Origin: Cyanidioschyzon merolae
Lineage: Eukaryota
Length of the DNA stretch: 64,000 nt
Assembly (NCBI GenBank): GCA_000091205.1
Contig: AP006497.2
Strand: one strand, 5' to 3'
The notes under the pieces are model-generated. The model ran no database searches. It was not told where the DNA came from and was given only the letters and a program-made list of their open reading frames with translations. The position numbers and the translations under genes are program-made. Shown here in pieces: positions 30,468 through 41,643 of the stretch. How positions within the stretch are numbered: the first letter of the stretch is position 1; every line of letters starts with the position of its first letter.

Positions 30468-31472
30468 TCACAGCGGATCGCAGCAGGTGTTCATACCGCA
30501 TTCAGCACTGGTTACCGACGAGGTTACATCCTCAATCAGCAACTCTTCTTGATCAACTTGATCCCAGAACCCAGCCTGTTCGAGCACGAGTTCACGTTTC
30601 AAGGCCGGACTGCGTCCGGGCGGGTGGCGCACCCGTGCGTGCACCGTCGCATGAGACACGCGCGTCTGCTCCTGGAGCAGGTTCGACGCCTCATTTCCTG
30701 TCGTCACTGCCGACGGTGTCAACTTGTCCGAAGAGCGCTCATTGATTGGTGACGCTTTCGCGCTGCGCAGCCGACGCGCCCGCGACTTGCGCGCCTGTAC
30801 AGACGGCGCTCCAGTCGTCGACGACGCGGATAAGCGCTTCGGCTCCAGCCGCTCTGTAGTGCTCGACCTCAGGTTTGACTCGGGTACCTCGGCGTTGGGC
30901 TCGAAAACGGAGCTCCCGATATTTTTTCGAAAGCGACGCTCAAACGTAACAAGCTCTTCTTCGGTGCTCGTTGGCGTGCTCAAAGAAATGATTTCGACGC
31001 TTTTGTCGCTGTCGTTTCCAGAAGGCTCTGGTGCGCCCGACGTCAACTGCCTCAGACCGTCTCCTGCCGTTATCGCGTCGACAGGTTTTCCAGGACTAAT
31101 ATTTGCTTCTAACGTCGCGTTAACCGCCTTCGTGGACGTAAGAAGGCGAGCCTTCTTGACTTGGGTCGCACGCGCCTGTGAGAGGCGCCCCCGAGCGTCT
31201 GCACCACGCTGTGCCTCGCGGTTACGCAGGTGTTCGACGTCGCCCGTCACGTCCGCCAGGGGTTGCCTGCTCCCGGCCACTCGCTTGGGAGAAGAGGGCT
31301 GCGTTGAACGGCGCTTACGGCGAGCGCGCTGCATGCTAAGCAAAACCCAACGCTGCGGATACGAGAGCCGTAGCGGAAGCCCGACAATGTCGAAGTGTGC
31401 GCGCACGGATCGCGCCAGAGCGTCCCGATGCCGAATTTGTTTTCTGTTCGACAACGGCATCTTTATACGCAT
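30468..31472 (-). CDS. Hypothetical Ser/Arg/Lys-rich basic protein (low-complexity); coding status uncertain
   Basis: A long ORF; the GTG track start was replaced by the first ATG at complement 31470-31472. I recognise no domain. A 306-aa ORF overlaps it on the opposite strand. Confidence 0.3.
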   Translation of the reverse strand: MRIKMPLSNRKQIRHRDALARSVRAHFDIVGLPLRLSYPQRWVLLSMQRARRKRRSTQPSSPKRVAGSRQPLADVTGDVEHLRNREAQRGADARGRLSQARATQVKKARLLTSTKAVNATLEANISPGKPVDAITAGDGLRQLTSGAPEPSGNDSDKSVEIISLSTPTSTEEELVTFERRFRKNIGSSVFEPNAEVPESNLRSSTTERLEPKRLSASSTTGAPSVQARKSRARRLRSAKASPINERSSDKLTPSAVTTGNEASNLLQEQTRVSHATVHARVRHPPGRSPALKRELVLEQAGFWDQVDQEELLIEDVTSSVTSAECGMNTCCDPL

Positions 31473-32299
31473 AGAGAGAGGCTGGGAATCTTTGATGATG
31501 CGACTGGTAGCAGCTTTGAGGAAAGCATTCACCGTTCCACGCCTTAGTCGTCAGAATTCCAACACCCTTGCTTTCCCGCGGAGATACTGGTTATTCCTCG
31601 TGTTCGCTCGAGCGCCAAGTGCATCGATTGCGCGTCCACAGTGACGTCTGTAGCGCCGGTGCGGACACAGCACGAAACCAGAGCGGCTTTTGTCATGCCA
31701 CTGAGTATCTTGGCTCGAGACGGGCGCGTTTGTGCCGCTACGGGCGCTTTTTATTGAGCGCATCGACACCCTCCGGAAGGTTGCCGGACTGGATGCGGGA
31801 GAAGTGAAGCGCCCTAACCTTATGATCGTAAAATGATCAGAACTGTATAGATAGTGTTGCACCGCTTTCGTTCGCGAAGAGGACGCCTCCGCTGCCTGGT
31901 TTCTTATAGTTTTTCAACTCATTTATGTTCCAGTACCTCTGCGATATAGAGCAGGAGATCGAAATCCGGTTTTAATGTATCCTACAGATCGTAGACGAAT
32001 TGCCTGTAGGATATATATCGTCTACTGAACAATGCAACTAGAACTGGATTCCTCTTTCGGGTCAGTCGTACCGCAGTTTGCAGATCGTTAGGGAACACTG
32101 AACTGAACAAGTATATGCGCTCCGCGCCAAAACCCGATATTCTCAAAGCGTGCTTGCGTTCACTAGCGGAGAACGACCCGTCGACCACCTTACGGAAAGC
32201 AAGAGCGACAATAGTAGCTGCCGTAGACGTCCCAAATTCTCCACACTTTGTTTGTAGGGTCCTGAAAACACTAGGATAAAGTCATATAAAAAAGTCCTA

Positions 32300-33300
32300 G
32301 TTCGCGGACAGCATTCTTCGGATGATATCGCAACGACAGCGTTCCTGGAACGTCTCGATCGGTATGAAGCACAGGGACATGGGCTTGTTTTTCCAGTTGA
32401 TGAGACTTGCTTGGAACGAACCGAACGGTACATATTTGAATATTTGCGGAGAAGAGTGCCCTTTATATGTTCGATCTAGCTCGAAGAGAATGAGGACGTC
32501 ATCTTCTGTTCTATCCGCAGTGGATACGATTCGCAGCCTCGATTTCGCGCACAGAGAACGCTCATACAACAGGATTCGCTTCGTCATATCATTGAAGAAG
32601 ATTCCGCGGACGTTTTGCAACGTTCTTCTATCGGACAACATGGCATTTAACCATTCCTGTTGCGATCGAGTTTTTGCCGATTCTATCTGGGTTACTGCTG
32701 CTTTTCATTCATCCGCACACTCCGTGCTCCAAGTCTATCCAGAGGATGTTTTCTATCACGAAAAGGCATGATCGCTTTACGGAGCGAGTGTCAGCAGCTT
32801 TCAGCACATGGTGACACTGGGGCAGATATCGTCTACCTTCCGCAAATCCGTCCTCCTCGGGGAAGGTACGCACCAAATGGCATAAACAACTGTGTTCATT
32901 TTAAAAAATTACGGGATGAGCTAGGATGCACATTTCAGAAGGTCGGGATGAAGAAAAGCCCGTGGAGCGCTTCGGCGCTAGAAAAGCACAGAGAGCTGAC
33001 AGCGCACCAAACGGGACGGAGGGTACGACGTCGAGGAATCCTTGCATGGATGCGTTCAACCAGTTGCAATCAATGCATGGTATTCGGGAACCGACACTTG
33101 AACGCCGCTATCAATGCCAGCTGATGTGTGCGGTGCAGAAGACGCCACCCGAGGCGCTGACGCGATCCAACTTGTATGCCACAGCCCCTCAGTCTCGAAG
33201 TGTACCTGGATACATCGAAACCGATTGCAGTCTCTCGAATAATAAAAGCAAGGAAGCATCGGCGAGAGTATCTATATGTAAATAAGCGTATGAATAGGTG
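32300..33300 (+). pseudogene. Degenerate third TnpB/Fanzor-like copy (frameshifted, catalytic-site substitution)
   Basis: ORF 32660..33124 ends ...ELGCTFQKVGMKK...AWMRSTSCNQCMVFGNRHLNAAINAS*. This aligns with copy 1 ...ELGCTLQRVEIEK...TSDGKKRMEFVNRDLNAAINIRR. The Asp of D-x-N-A-A is replaced (NRH versus NRD). The downstream peptide AVQKTPPEALTRSNL (copy 1 AVMGKRPPELTGENF) continues in a different frame. The region is AT-richer than its surroundings. Confidence 0.5.
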
Positions 33301-33696
33301 CCCGCCATGGTTGTGGAACGATCGTCATGCTGCTGATCGCATATGCCACACGCCAAGCCATCCATACCACTTCCTCACAATCGGCGAGGAAGCATGCAAG
33401 AATGTATTTCAAATATATTTTCTAAATGAACTACCAGGAAAGTGACCTTGCCCCATTCAGGTACACAAAGCGTGGCAGATGTTGTTCCAAAGGCAGCAAA
33501 TATCGATCATCATACGCTGTGCATGGCCAGGGGCGCGGTGATCCGCCAGCATACGCTCCTTGGGGCATGCCTTGCAACGCGCGCTGGTGATGAACGAGCT
33601 TCAGCGCCTCTTGTTCGTCGTTTTTTGCTTACGTGCTACGGGGTATACGGTGCCGTGCGCTTGAGGAAGAGGTTAGTTTCTTCATAGTCACACGGT

Positions 33697-35133
33697 ATGG
33701 GAGAGCATCGGGTGAACGTGGCGTTTACGTTGGCACCAGTGCAGCCGCCCTGCTTCTCCAGTTATCTGAATGTGACTCGAGCTTGGAGCGCCGATGCCGC
33801 AAGCCGTGCGACGCGTTTCCGGTATCAGGGTACGTCACCGTACCCGAGACAGCGAACACTGTTTCTGAACTTTTTTCATCGACAGGACATGGTTCCGTGC
33901 GGGTTTGCAGCGCTGCACCCATATCACCGGACCTGCAGGTGGCGCCGATCTTTCATAAAAAGCGCTCGCTCCTGCTGCGCACGAGCGGAAGCTATCGCGC
34001 GCGAACATCCACCAGCATCACATGAACCGCTAGTGCGCTGCAACGGGAAGGCTTCGTGCTTCGGGGCCCGCCGAACACGACCTGGTGTAGCGGGAGCCGC
34101 TGGGGCTCCGCGCTTCCCCGGAGCGCTCAGGGCGCACCCCGTGACCGCGAGTCTCGGCATCGCGCTGGTGCTTTTACTCGCGGCGTTGCACAGTCCGTCT
34201 GTCGCAAGCGCGGCCCCAGTTTTCCACGCCAGCAACCTACAAAGCCTGGGCACTAAGATGCTTCATTCCTTCGCATCGGGTTACGCATCGTCGCTAGCAC
34301 TGGTTTTCTTCTCCGAGCTCGGGGACAAGACTTTCTTCATCACCGCTTTGCTGGCCATGAAGTACCATCGAACGTCGATTTTCATTGGCGCCATTGCGGC
34401 GTTATCCCTGATGACCATGATCTCCGTGGTGCTAGGTCAACTCTTTCACGCGCTTCCACCGCTTGTGACGTCATATATCCCATTCGATGACTGGGCAGCG
34501 TGTGCCCTGCTAATCTTCTTTGGCGTATCAAGCATTCGACAAGGTTTGAAAGCGCGAGCAACACGAGCTGGTCCAGGATCGAAAGCAGAAACACCAACAT
34601 CGCTCGACAGCAGCAGTGCCGGCGCATCCGAGCGATCAGGGACGCTTTCGGATTCGAGGTCTACATCTGCGCAAGCTGAAGAGCTTACGGAAGAGGCAGA
34701 AGCAGCGAAATTCATTCGGGAACGAGAGGAGCGTTTGCTGAGCACCAGAAGCCGCCCGGCCTCTGCAACAAATACGCAGATGAGCGACAAGACGCGCGAG
34801 CATCCCCGTCTGAGCCAGGCAGGTGCCGCGCTAGCCGCCATAGCGATGCCGCTAGCATCACATGCGCAGCTCGCTGCTGTCGTCGAAGCGTTCACGCTCG
34901 TCTTTCTCGCGGAATGGGGTGATCGCAGCATGCTCGCCACGATCGCGCTCTCTGCAGCAAAGAATCCTTTTGGAGTAACGGCCGGGGCGATCAGCGGACA
35001 TCTGGTCGCTTCACTCCTGGCCATTCTTGGCGGAAGTGTTCTCGGGCGATACTTTAGCGAGCGCTTCGTTTCCCTAGTCAGCGGCGGGCTGTTCATCGTC
35101 TTTGCCGTCATGACTTTGCTTGGAGTTTTCTAA
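33697..35133 (+). CDS. UPF0016-family cation (Ca2+/Mn2+) transporter, GDT1/TMEM165/PAM71-like, with a long N-terminal extension
   Basis: Two copies of the E-x-G-D-[KR]-[ST] motif in TM helices: [19 protein letters not shown] and [19 protein letters not shown]. An acidic/Ser-rich loop lies between the two halves. The ATG start at 33697 is verified. Confidence 0.8.
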   Translation: MGEHRVNVAFTLAPVQPPCFSSYLNVTRAWSADAASRATRFRYQGTSPYPRQRTLFLNFFHRQDMVPCGFAALHPYHRTCRWRRSFIKSARSCCARAEAIAREHPPASHEPLVRCNGKASCFGARRTRPGVAGAAGAPRFPGALRAHPVTASLGIALVLLLAALHSPSVASAAPVFHASNLQSLGTKMLHSFASGYASSLALVFFSELGDKTFFITALLAMKYHRTSIFIGAIAALSLMTMISVVLGQLFHALPPLVTSYIPFDDWAACALLIFFGVSSIRQGLKARATRAGPGSKAETPTSLDSSSAGASERSGTLSDSRSTSAQAEELTEEAEAAKFIREREERLLSTRSRPASATNTQMSDKTREHPRLSQAGAALAAIAMPLASHAQLAAVVEAFTLVFLAEWGDRSMLATIALSAAKNPFGVTAGAISGHLVASLLAILGGSVLGRYFSERFVSLVSGGLFIVFAVMTLLGVF

Positions 35134-35832
35134 GCGATGAAAATCGTGGTGCAAGTGGCGAGTATGCGCTGGGCATACGAATCGAGCGGGTCGCAAACAA
35201 AAAAACCGACTCGTTAGTCGCTTCAGGTCGGCAGCTATTTGTTGAAGCTTTTTGTGTAACATGGATGCCGGTATCAAACATGTTGTCGAGTGTAGGGCTT
35301 TTCGCCCGTTTCGAGCTTGCGCTGTGCTATAAGCTAACGTATGCATGGATCAAAATTTTTTATATGGGCGAAATCAGCGATGCATCTGGTCGCTGAGCCC
35401 GTACCATACCTATGTTGCCACTTGAGTGCATTAGGAAAGGTTTCTGCCTACGTCTACGTCAGTCCCATGATGCGACGACGGATGCATTCGCCTGCAGGTG
35501 CTCTCATATCGGCTACTCGGGATGCTCACGCCATGGCGCAGCGAACGTCTTTGAACAAAGCACGGGCACCGTTGCAGCGCATGCTCGTTACCTATAGTGG
35601 AAACCTCACCCCGGTAAACTCGACCTGTTGTTTGCGTGCTGCCGCCAAATCCGAGAGACACGGGAGCGACCTCGCTCACCCCTGTGAAGCATGTATGCAT
35701 CTTGCTATGGAGGAACTTCCCCCGTCCAAACAGAGAATAGAAGCTCCAGTAAACTGCGGTACGGGCAATGCACTTCTCGCCAGGATCAGTCGTCGCGACC
35801 GCCTTTTTCCACGCCAGTCTCCTGAGGTTGTA

Positions 35833-37035
35833 TCATCGGGGAGCAGGGCGGCGGGATGCCTTCCTAGCCAGTCCGTGCTGTTGCGCTTGGAGTGTCCCTA
35901 TTTCTGCGAGATCTGCAGGCGCTTGCCAGTACAAAGGATTGCGCTCCAGAATGCCCCGTAGAATCGGGGATAATATGGAGTGCTTCGCGGCTTGCGCATC
36001 GACTCTTCTTCCGCGCAGCAGCAAGAGACATTTGTTATGAACACCTAATCCGGCCCAGGACGGGCAGTCACCGACCTTGATATGCTCCATGGATGCGGCA
36101 GCATCGGCTCTGTCATCCGCCCAATCTAGATTTGACTGCTTCTGCACCTGTTCTGCTGCGACTTTGTGCCAGGAGCGCATCCACCACCAGGGAGAGGGCA
36201 ACCGCAGCACGCGCTTCCAGGCTGGTACGCTGGGCGGCTCCGCTGGATGGATCTCATAGAGTTCAAATGCACCGCTAGCAAACGGGGTGCGCGATCTTGT
36301 CAGAGGTCGAACGTAAAGCGATAGTCGCAGGGTATTCTCGGACGCAAGTGGACGCGTGGACGGCCAAGCCGTTGCCCGCGAGTCGATGCGCTGTTTCCTA
36401 GACCGTTCAAAACGCGTCGAGTCCGACTCGGGCGTGAGGCTGGCTACCAGCTGCCTCGCGTTACCGCTACTGTCGCCTTGCTCGGCAACCAGTTTGAACG
36501 TGCCACTTGCATCGTGCACAAACGTCAAAACCTGATAAGGGTAGGCCAGCAGGAATGCAGCGCCCTCGCGACACCACTTGACTGCGTGGATGTGGTCGGT
36601 ATCGTCGATACGCTGCAAGTCGTTTCCCGCGGCACCAAGCGTGCGACTTGTTCGCACTGGTCTAAAAGCGAACAGCTTTCGACAGAGAACCGTCTGGGAG
36701 GCAAGCGGTGCCGTTGCACCAGAGCGAGCAGCAGTCACCAAGGGCGACTGTGACGCAGCGAGCACGCGACTCGTTTCGAAACCCTCCACGCGGGCGATCA
36801 AAGCACCCGAGCTCAGGTTGAATAGCTCACCCGAGTACGCCCAGTGAACAGTGCTTTCGTTGTGGTTTGGATGAAAGCGACGTCGCAGAAACGTGTTCCA
36901 GGAGTCTGCTCGTCTACGAGAAAGCGGCAGCGTCTCGCTCTTATGAGGTTCCGTTGGTGCCGTTGCAGACGGTGAGGTTGGGGTTGGTTCAGCGGCTTGC
37001 GCAACGATCAAGCTCGGTTTTAGGCCTTTAGTCAT
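35833..37035 (-). CDS. Hypothetical protein (about 400 aa), no recognised domain
   Basis: A long ORF. The track start is GTG inside a (CAG)n run (37117-37158), so I used the first ATG at complement 37033-37035. Codon usage resembles neighbouring genes. Confidence 0.4.
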   Translation of the reverse strand: MTKGLKPSLIVAQAAEPTPTSPSATAPTEPHKSETLPLSRRRADSWNTFLRRRFHPNHNESTVHWAYSGELFNLSSGALIARVEGFETSRVLAASQSPLVTAARSGATAPLASQTVLCRKLFAFRPVRTSRTLGAAGNDLQRIDDTDHIHAVKWCREGAAFLLAYPYQVLTFVHDASGTFKLVAEQGDSSGNARQLVASLTPESDSTRFERSRKQRIDSRATAWPSTRPLASENTLRLSLYVRPLTRSRTPFASGAFELYEIHPAEPPSVPAWKRVLRLPSPWWWMRSWHKVAAEQVQKQSNLDWADDRADAAASMEHIKVGDCPSWAGLGVHNKCLLLLRGRRVDAQAAKHSILSPILRGILERNPLYWQAPADLAEIGTLQAQQHGLARKASRRPAPR

Positions 37036-37116
37036 GCTAAAGCAAACCCTAAGGTCGCTCAGCGTCCTCGCAGACACGAGCGTTACCGGGTCTGTAGTCG
37101 TCACGCAAGTCCCGAG

Positions 37117-37158
37117 CAGCAGCAGCACCAGCAGCAGCAGCAGCAGAAGTAGTAGTGC
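37117..37158. repeat. (CAG/AGC)n microsatellite
   Basis: cagcagcagcaccagcagcagcagcagcagaagtagtag lies just upstream of (or at the extreme N-terminus of) the 35833-37035 gene. Confidence 0.85.
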
Positions 37159-39080
37159 ACTTGCGGCTTCGAAGAGGAAGCGTACTCTTTAGGAATTCAT
37201 TCGCGGTGTCGCTGATCGCAGAGCGAGCGCTGGACTATTCACAGATGCTCAAGGCACTGGATGTGCTTGTGAAGGCGACCTCGGTATTCTGCGAGTTTTT
37301 CTAATAGGAACGGTTCTTTCGGACCTTGAGAAACATGCAAGATAATGTACCTGTGTTCGATCCAAACGAAAACCCAATGCGATGACGGTGCATGGGTCTG
37401 GGAAACTCGCGCTTTTCGCTGGTACTTCATTCAACGACACTGTATCCCTGGGTATCGGCTTTGGGATATCGCGCGAGTGGGTGTCATGTTCGAGTAAAGT
37501 AGCGGTACAGGCGAGGACCTATTGCCTTCGCTTTTCAGGGCCGAGCGTGGTCGCGACTCGGTTGCGGCGACTGGGCGAACCGCTGAGAGCCTGTGCCCTC
37601 AGCTCACCTAGGACGCTGGGTTGGAGGCGTCGGACGCCCACTTGCGAGAAACGCACCGGAAACGAGCAAAAAGCCTCCTTCCATCGTAGCGTGTAATCAA
37701 GCCTCTGATGCAGCTCTATGGGAACGTGGTTTGCCGAGCCAGCGCACGTTCGATGAGTCATCGACACAGTGGCCGTGCGGGCACCTGGGCAGGTAGCGCT
37801 CGCGCAGGTCCATGCTTTGTATCCTCTTGCTTTTGAAGCGTATCCTGCTTCGAATGGAACGGTTTCGAAAGTGCAACATATGTGGGCGACTTGAAGTGCA
37901 AATTTTTCCATGAGGAAACAAGCGATATGCTTCAAGATGGTGTTCCAAACGCAGATGCCGCAAGACGCTTTGCAAGCGCGTTCTTCGTGGACATACTGAT
38001 TCGCTGCAGGGCAGGAGTCGCTGCATACTTGCCGTCCCTACAAGCCGGTGAGTACAACTGTTCCCGTTGCTGCTGGTATGGCGGCTGCATACGACCGTTT
38101 TTCACCATACCAAGTTCGTCGACAGCGTTTCACAACGCAAGAGACACGACTCGGGTAAGACTTTTGTTCCAGAGCGCGCGTTCCGGGAGCCGAATGTTCG
38201 GGGAGAGGGCGCCACGAATCCCATGCGGATGTCTGTGGCGTTCCGGCGTTTTTCGATCACGGGTATCGCACTAGTGCATACCCGAGAAATACAAGTCGAG
38301 TCTGGATGATTCGTTGCTGCATTGGTTACACCGCTGGCAACCAGCGGTATCTTTATTGAAGGCCCCTTTCTTACACGAGCGAGACGCTATGCAGATACTC
38401 TTGATTTTTGTCAAAACAAGCTAGGAGGTCGTGTATCGTTGGAATGAACGCATCCCAAGCCACATACCCGTACGACAAGGAAAACTGCGCTGATCAAGCA
38501 TCCGCGTTCAGAGGCATTCGAACGCGACAATGAGAAGGCTCTCGATATGACGCAACCCAGTGGCTGTGTCGCGGGCATCGTGTTCTGCGGCCCGGGGGGC
38601 GCTCAGCGTGGACGGCAGTTGGAACGGACCGCTTCGAGGAATCCGAGCCGTCGCCGACTCGCAACATCGTCGCTACATAAACCCATGTGATCGTTTTTAC
38701 TCCCAAGAACGTGCTGGTTTTTCACGCGAGACGTATCCAAGTTAAGTGACATCACGGGCGGGGCGACAAGTACATGCACCAAAACATCGCTTATGAAGCA
38801 TGCGCTGATCAAGTCCCAGCAGCCGCAGTGAAGATGACAGCAGGGCTCCTGCTCTAGCTCGGCGCGCAACGGGTCGCTGCCAACGCTGCACCTGTGGACA
38901 GCAAACTCGCCAACCGCTACCAGACGTGCATGTTCGAGCACCCATAACCAGCCGCTCGCGGACGACACCTATGCACGGCCTCTAGGGCGTCAAGAAGCTG
39001 GGACGTTTCCGAGGTTGTGATTGTGGAATGCGCCGCCGTGCGCCCGCGAACGGCTCTCTAAAACATTGCAACGCTGGCGT

Positions 39081-40109
39081 CTAGCGCGAGAATGCCAACC
39101 CCATGGCCAGTGAGAATACTGGGTCGTACTTGCCTTTCCCGTCCATGAACGTGCCCGCGGAGGCATGAACCACAAGCCCCCGGGCTCGGAAACCGAGAGA
39201 GTCTATTTTCTCATCAACTTGGCGAGAGAACCGACGCGCCTGCGCCTCTTCGCGTGACTCCCCACCCTTCCTACGGGACCAGTGAAGAAGGCATTCCACA
39301 CCGATTCTTGCATCAGCGCCGTATTCTTCGTCGCTGCGTCTCATTGCACCGAACTGAATGAAAGGGCGCGGGCGTCCTCGCAGCGGACCCAGCAGCGTGA
39401 CACTGCTATCCAGTTCACCGTAGCGGCGATATGCTAAAAGGCTCTCTCCGCCGATAGATAGCGCATTGGGACCTTCCAAACGCCGCACGTAACACGGGGT
39501 CAGCAGCCCGTTCGTACTCACCGCAAGCACCGAGTCGCTGTAGTCAACGAGAGCGCCTTTCACAGCGCGCTCCGAACGCTGCAGGGTTCTCTGCAGCGAG
39601 GTCGCCGCCCGAGCCTCCCCGGCGTGCGCGCTCCTAACCGAAAACGGCGCCATAGCACTCGTACGCATACTGCCCTGGTCCCTGAGTGAAACTGTTCCCG
39701 AACTTCTGGACACGTTTGTAGCTCTGCGCAGCGTACCGTCTATCGAACCCAGTTGCACCTCGTTTAGCGCTGATGCAGGGAGCACCGTGTGCTCATAGCG
39801 CAGTCCACTGGATCGACTCGGTAACGGCACAAGGCTCGCTTGGAATGGATTATCACCTTCTACATCTGCTGTCCACAGAGACCTAATCTCCTGTAAAAAA
39901 GCGTAGGGCATCAGTGTGCGTTGTAGCGTTCTCGCAAGTCGCCGTATCGAGCAGCGAAACGAGCTCCACGAGCGTGCGCCTTTTCGAACGCCGGAGCGCG
40001 CCAATCTGTGGCGATGCGTCGCGCCAGTCGCTCGACAACGTGGAAGAGCGCTCTTGCGCGTGCCTGTGCTGTAGTGCGGGCGCGCTCTACGGCATACTGC
40101 AGAGCACAT
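39081..40109 (-). CDS. Hypothetical protein (342 aa), no recognised domain
   Basis: A long ORF with a verified ATG at complement 40107-40109. The N-terminus is Arg-rich; the C-terminus is ...GLVVHASAGTFMDGKGKYDPVFSLAMGL. Confidence 0.4.
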   Translation of the reverse strand: MCSAVCRRARPHYSTGTRKSALPRCRATGATHRHRLARSGVRKGARSWSSFRCSIRRLARTLQRTLMPYAFLQEIRSLWTADVEGDNPFQASLVPLPSRSSGLRYEHTVLPASALNEVQLGSIDGTLRRATNVSRSSGTVSLRDQGSMRTSAMAPFSVRSAHAGEARAATSLQRTLQRSERAVKGALVDYSDSVLAVSTNGLLTPCYVRRLEGPNALSIGGESLLAYRRYGELDSSVTLLGPLRGRPRPFIQFGAMRRSDEEYGADARIGVECLLHWSRRKGGESREEAQARRFSRQVDEKIDSLGFRARGLVVHASAGTFMDGKGKYDPVFSLAMGLAFSR

Positions 40110-41643
40110 CGCCGCGATATGCCAAGAGGCGACGCCGCCCTTGTCGCAAAAGGCACTGGAACGCTATTGGCGTAGTGAGCGGTTTCCGGCTTGGGGCGCA
40201 GCGCTTCGGCCCTGAAAATATGCCAAGCTGCTCTGGGTCTGTCTGATGACTGCAGTGGGTGATGTTGTTGGCGGTACATCCAGTATCACAGCAAGCATTG
40301 ATGACGGATGCGGTACCTGGAGATATCGGTGACGCGGACGCGTGTCTCTCGCTGGTGTGTCCTTGTATGGGCTGGGGAAACGTGGTGACCTTCGGGGATG
40401 AACGGTGACACCAGACCAGATAACTGTCACGAGACGCGCGTCCGGGGAATTCTGGTGAGCTTCATCGCTTCGATACCAGTTGGGACGGGGCTCGCGGGGA
40501 CCGTGCGGAAGTGCTCGCCCTTACGCATGCACCCAACAGAGAAAAGTTGCAGTGAGATGGCGCATCCCTGGCGGATGGTACATGCGCTGGATACGCGCCC
40601 TGCAGCATCGAGTAGCGTGCATGCATGCGTTAGCTCCAGAGATGGCCATGGATACACCTGAAAAGTGGGATCAGACTGGGCGCCGATTCACGATCTGCGG
40701 GACTCGAGCTCCACGAAATGATTTTGTAGGATGCGTAAATTTTACGCAATGGACATATGGATGCGCGCTTTCCATGACGCGCAAGTCTGTCGTGGCAAAG
40801 GTAGGGGGTACGATCCGCCAAGTGCGCTTCGTATCATTATGGACAAATAGGAGATCCGATTTCACCAGCGTCTCTCCCTTGTCGAGATGTGCTGCGTCCC
40901 GGTTGCCGATACTCCGCATCGTAGTCGAATAGATTCCGACCTGTTCCCTATATGCTGCCTGAAATCAAACGCTCACATCGACATCTTTCCACGAACAGCG
41001 TTCCGGAAATACGACGCGTGGAAGTGAAAGCCCGCAAATTTCCTCCGTCAGCAACATGCGTCCGAGACCCTTGAACGATGCATGTCGAGATCCACGGCGA
41101 GCGAGCGACATTGAAGCTGCCGCAGTAGACGTCCCTCGAGAAGCGCAACGATAAGCGCGCTCATGCCCAACACTCTCAAGCGCTATGGTCGCATTCGGCC
41201 GGGTGCATGCCTTGCGTACCGTCATGCGTCTTGCGTGCTTTTGGAATACCCCACTATCCTGAACGCTGAGCGCATGCCTCATGAGCGGGTAGCTCATGCA
41301 CATCGCTGAAGACTGCAACGCTTACCTTATCTTTCGAGAGGTATCACACATCGTGCAGGTACCCGTACCACACAGGCCTGCGGACGAAGCGCGTATCAGC
41401 AGCTGCCGTCAGCTGAGCTAGCCGCATGCGCCAAGTCCACGCGGGAATCTTGACGCCGGCGCTGATGCAGGCCTTTCGGAAATAGGAACTTGCTGCATTT
41501 TAATGTACATAAATGGAAAGGGCGAATCCGTGCACGCGCAGATGCATGCCGTGCGCTGCATCGCGTTTGCCTGCGGCCGCGTACGCTGAACGCATCGCTG
41601 ACACCGCCTTGAAGCACCAGGAACGCGCCTTGCCGAGCTAAGG

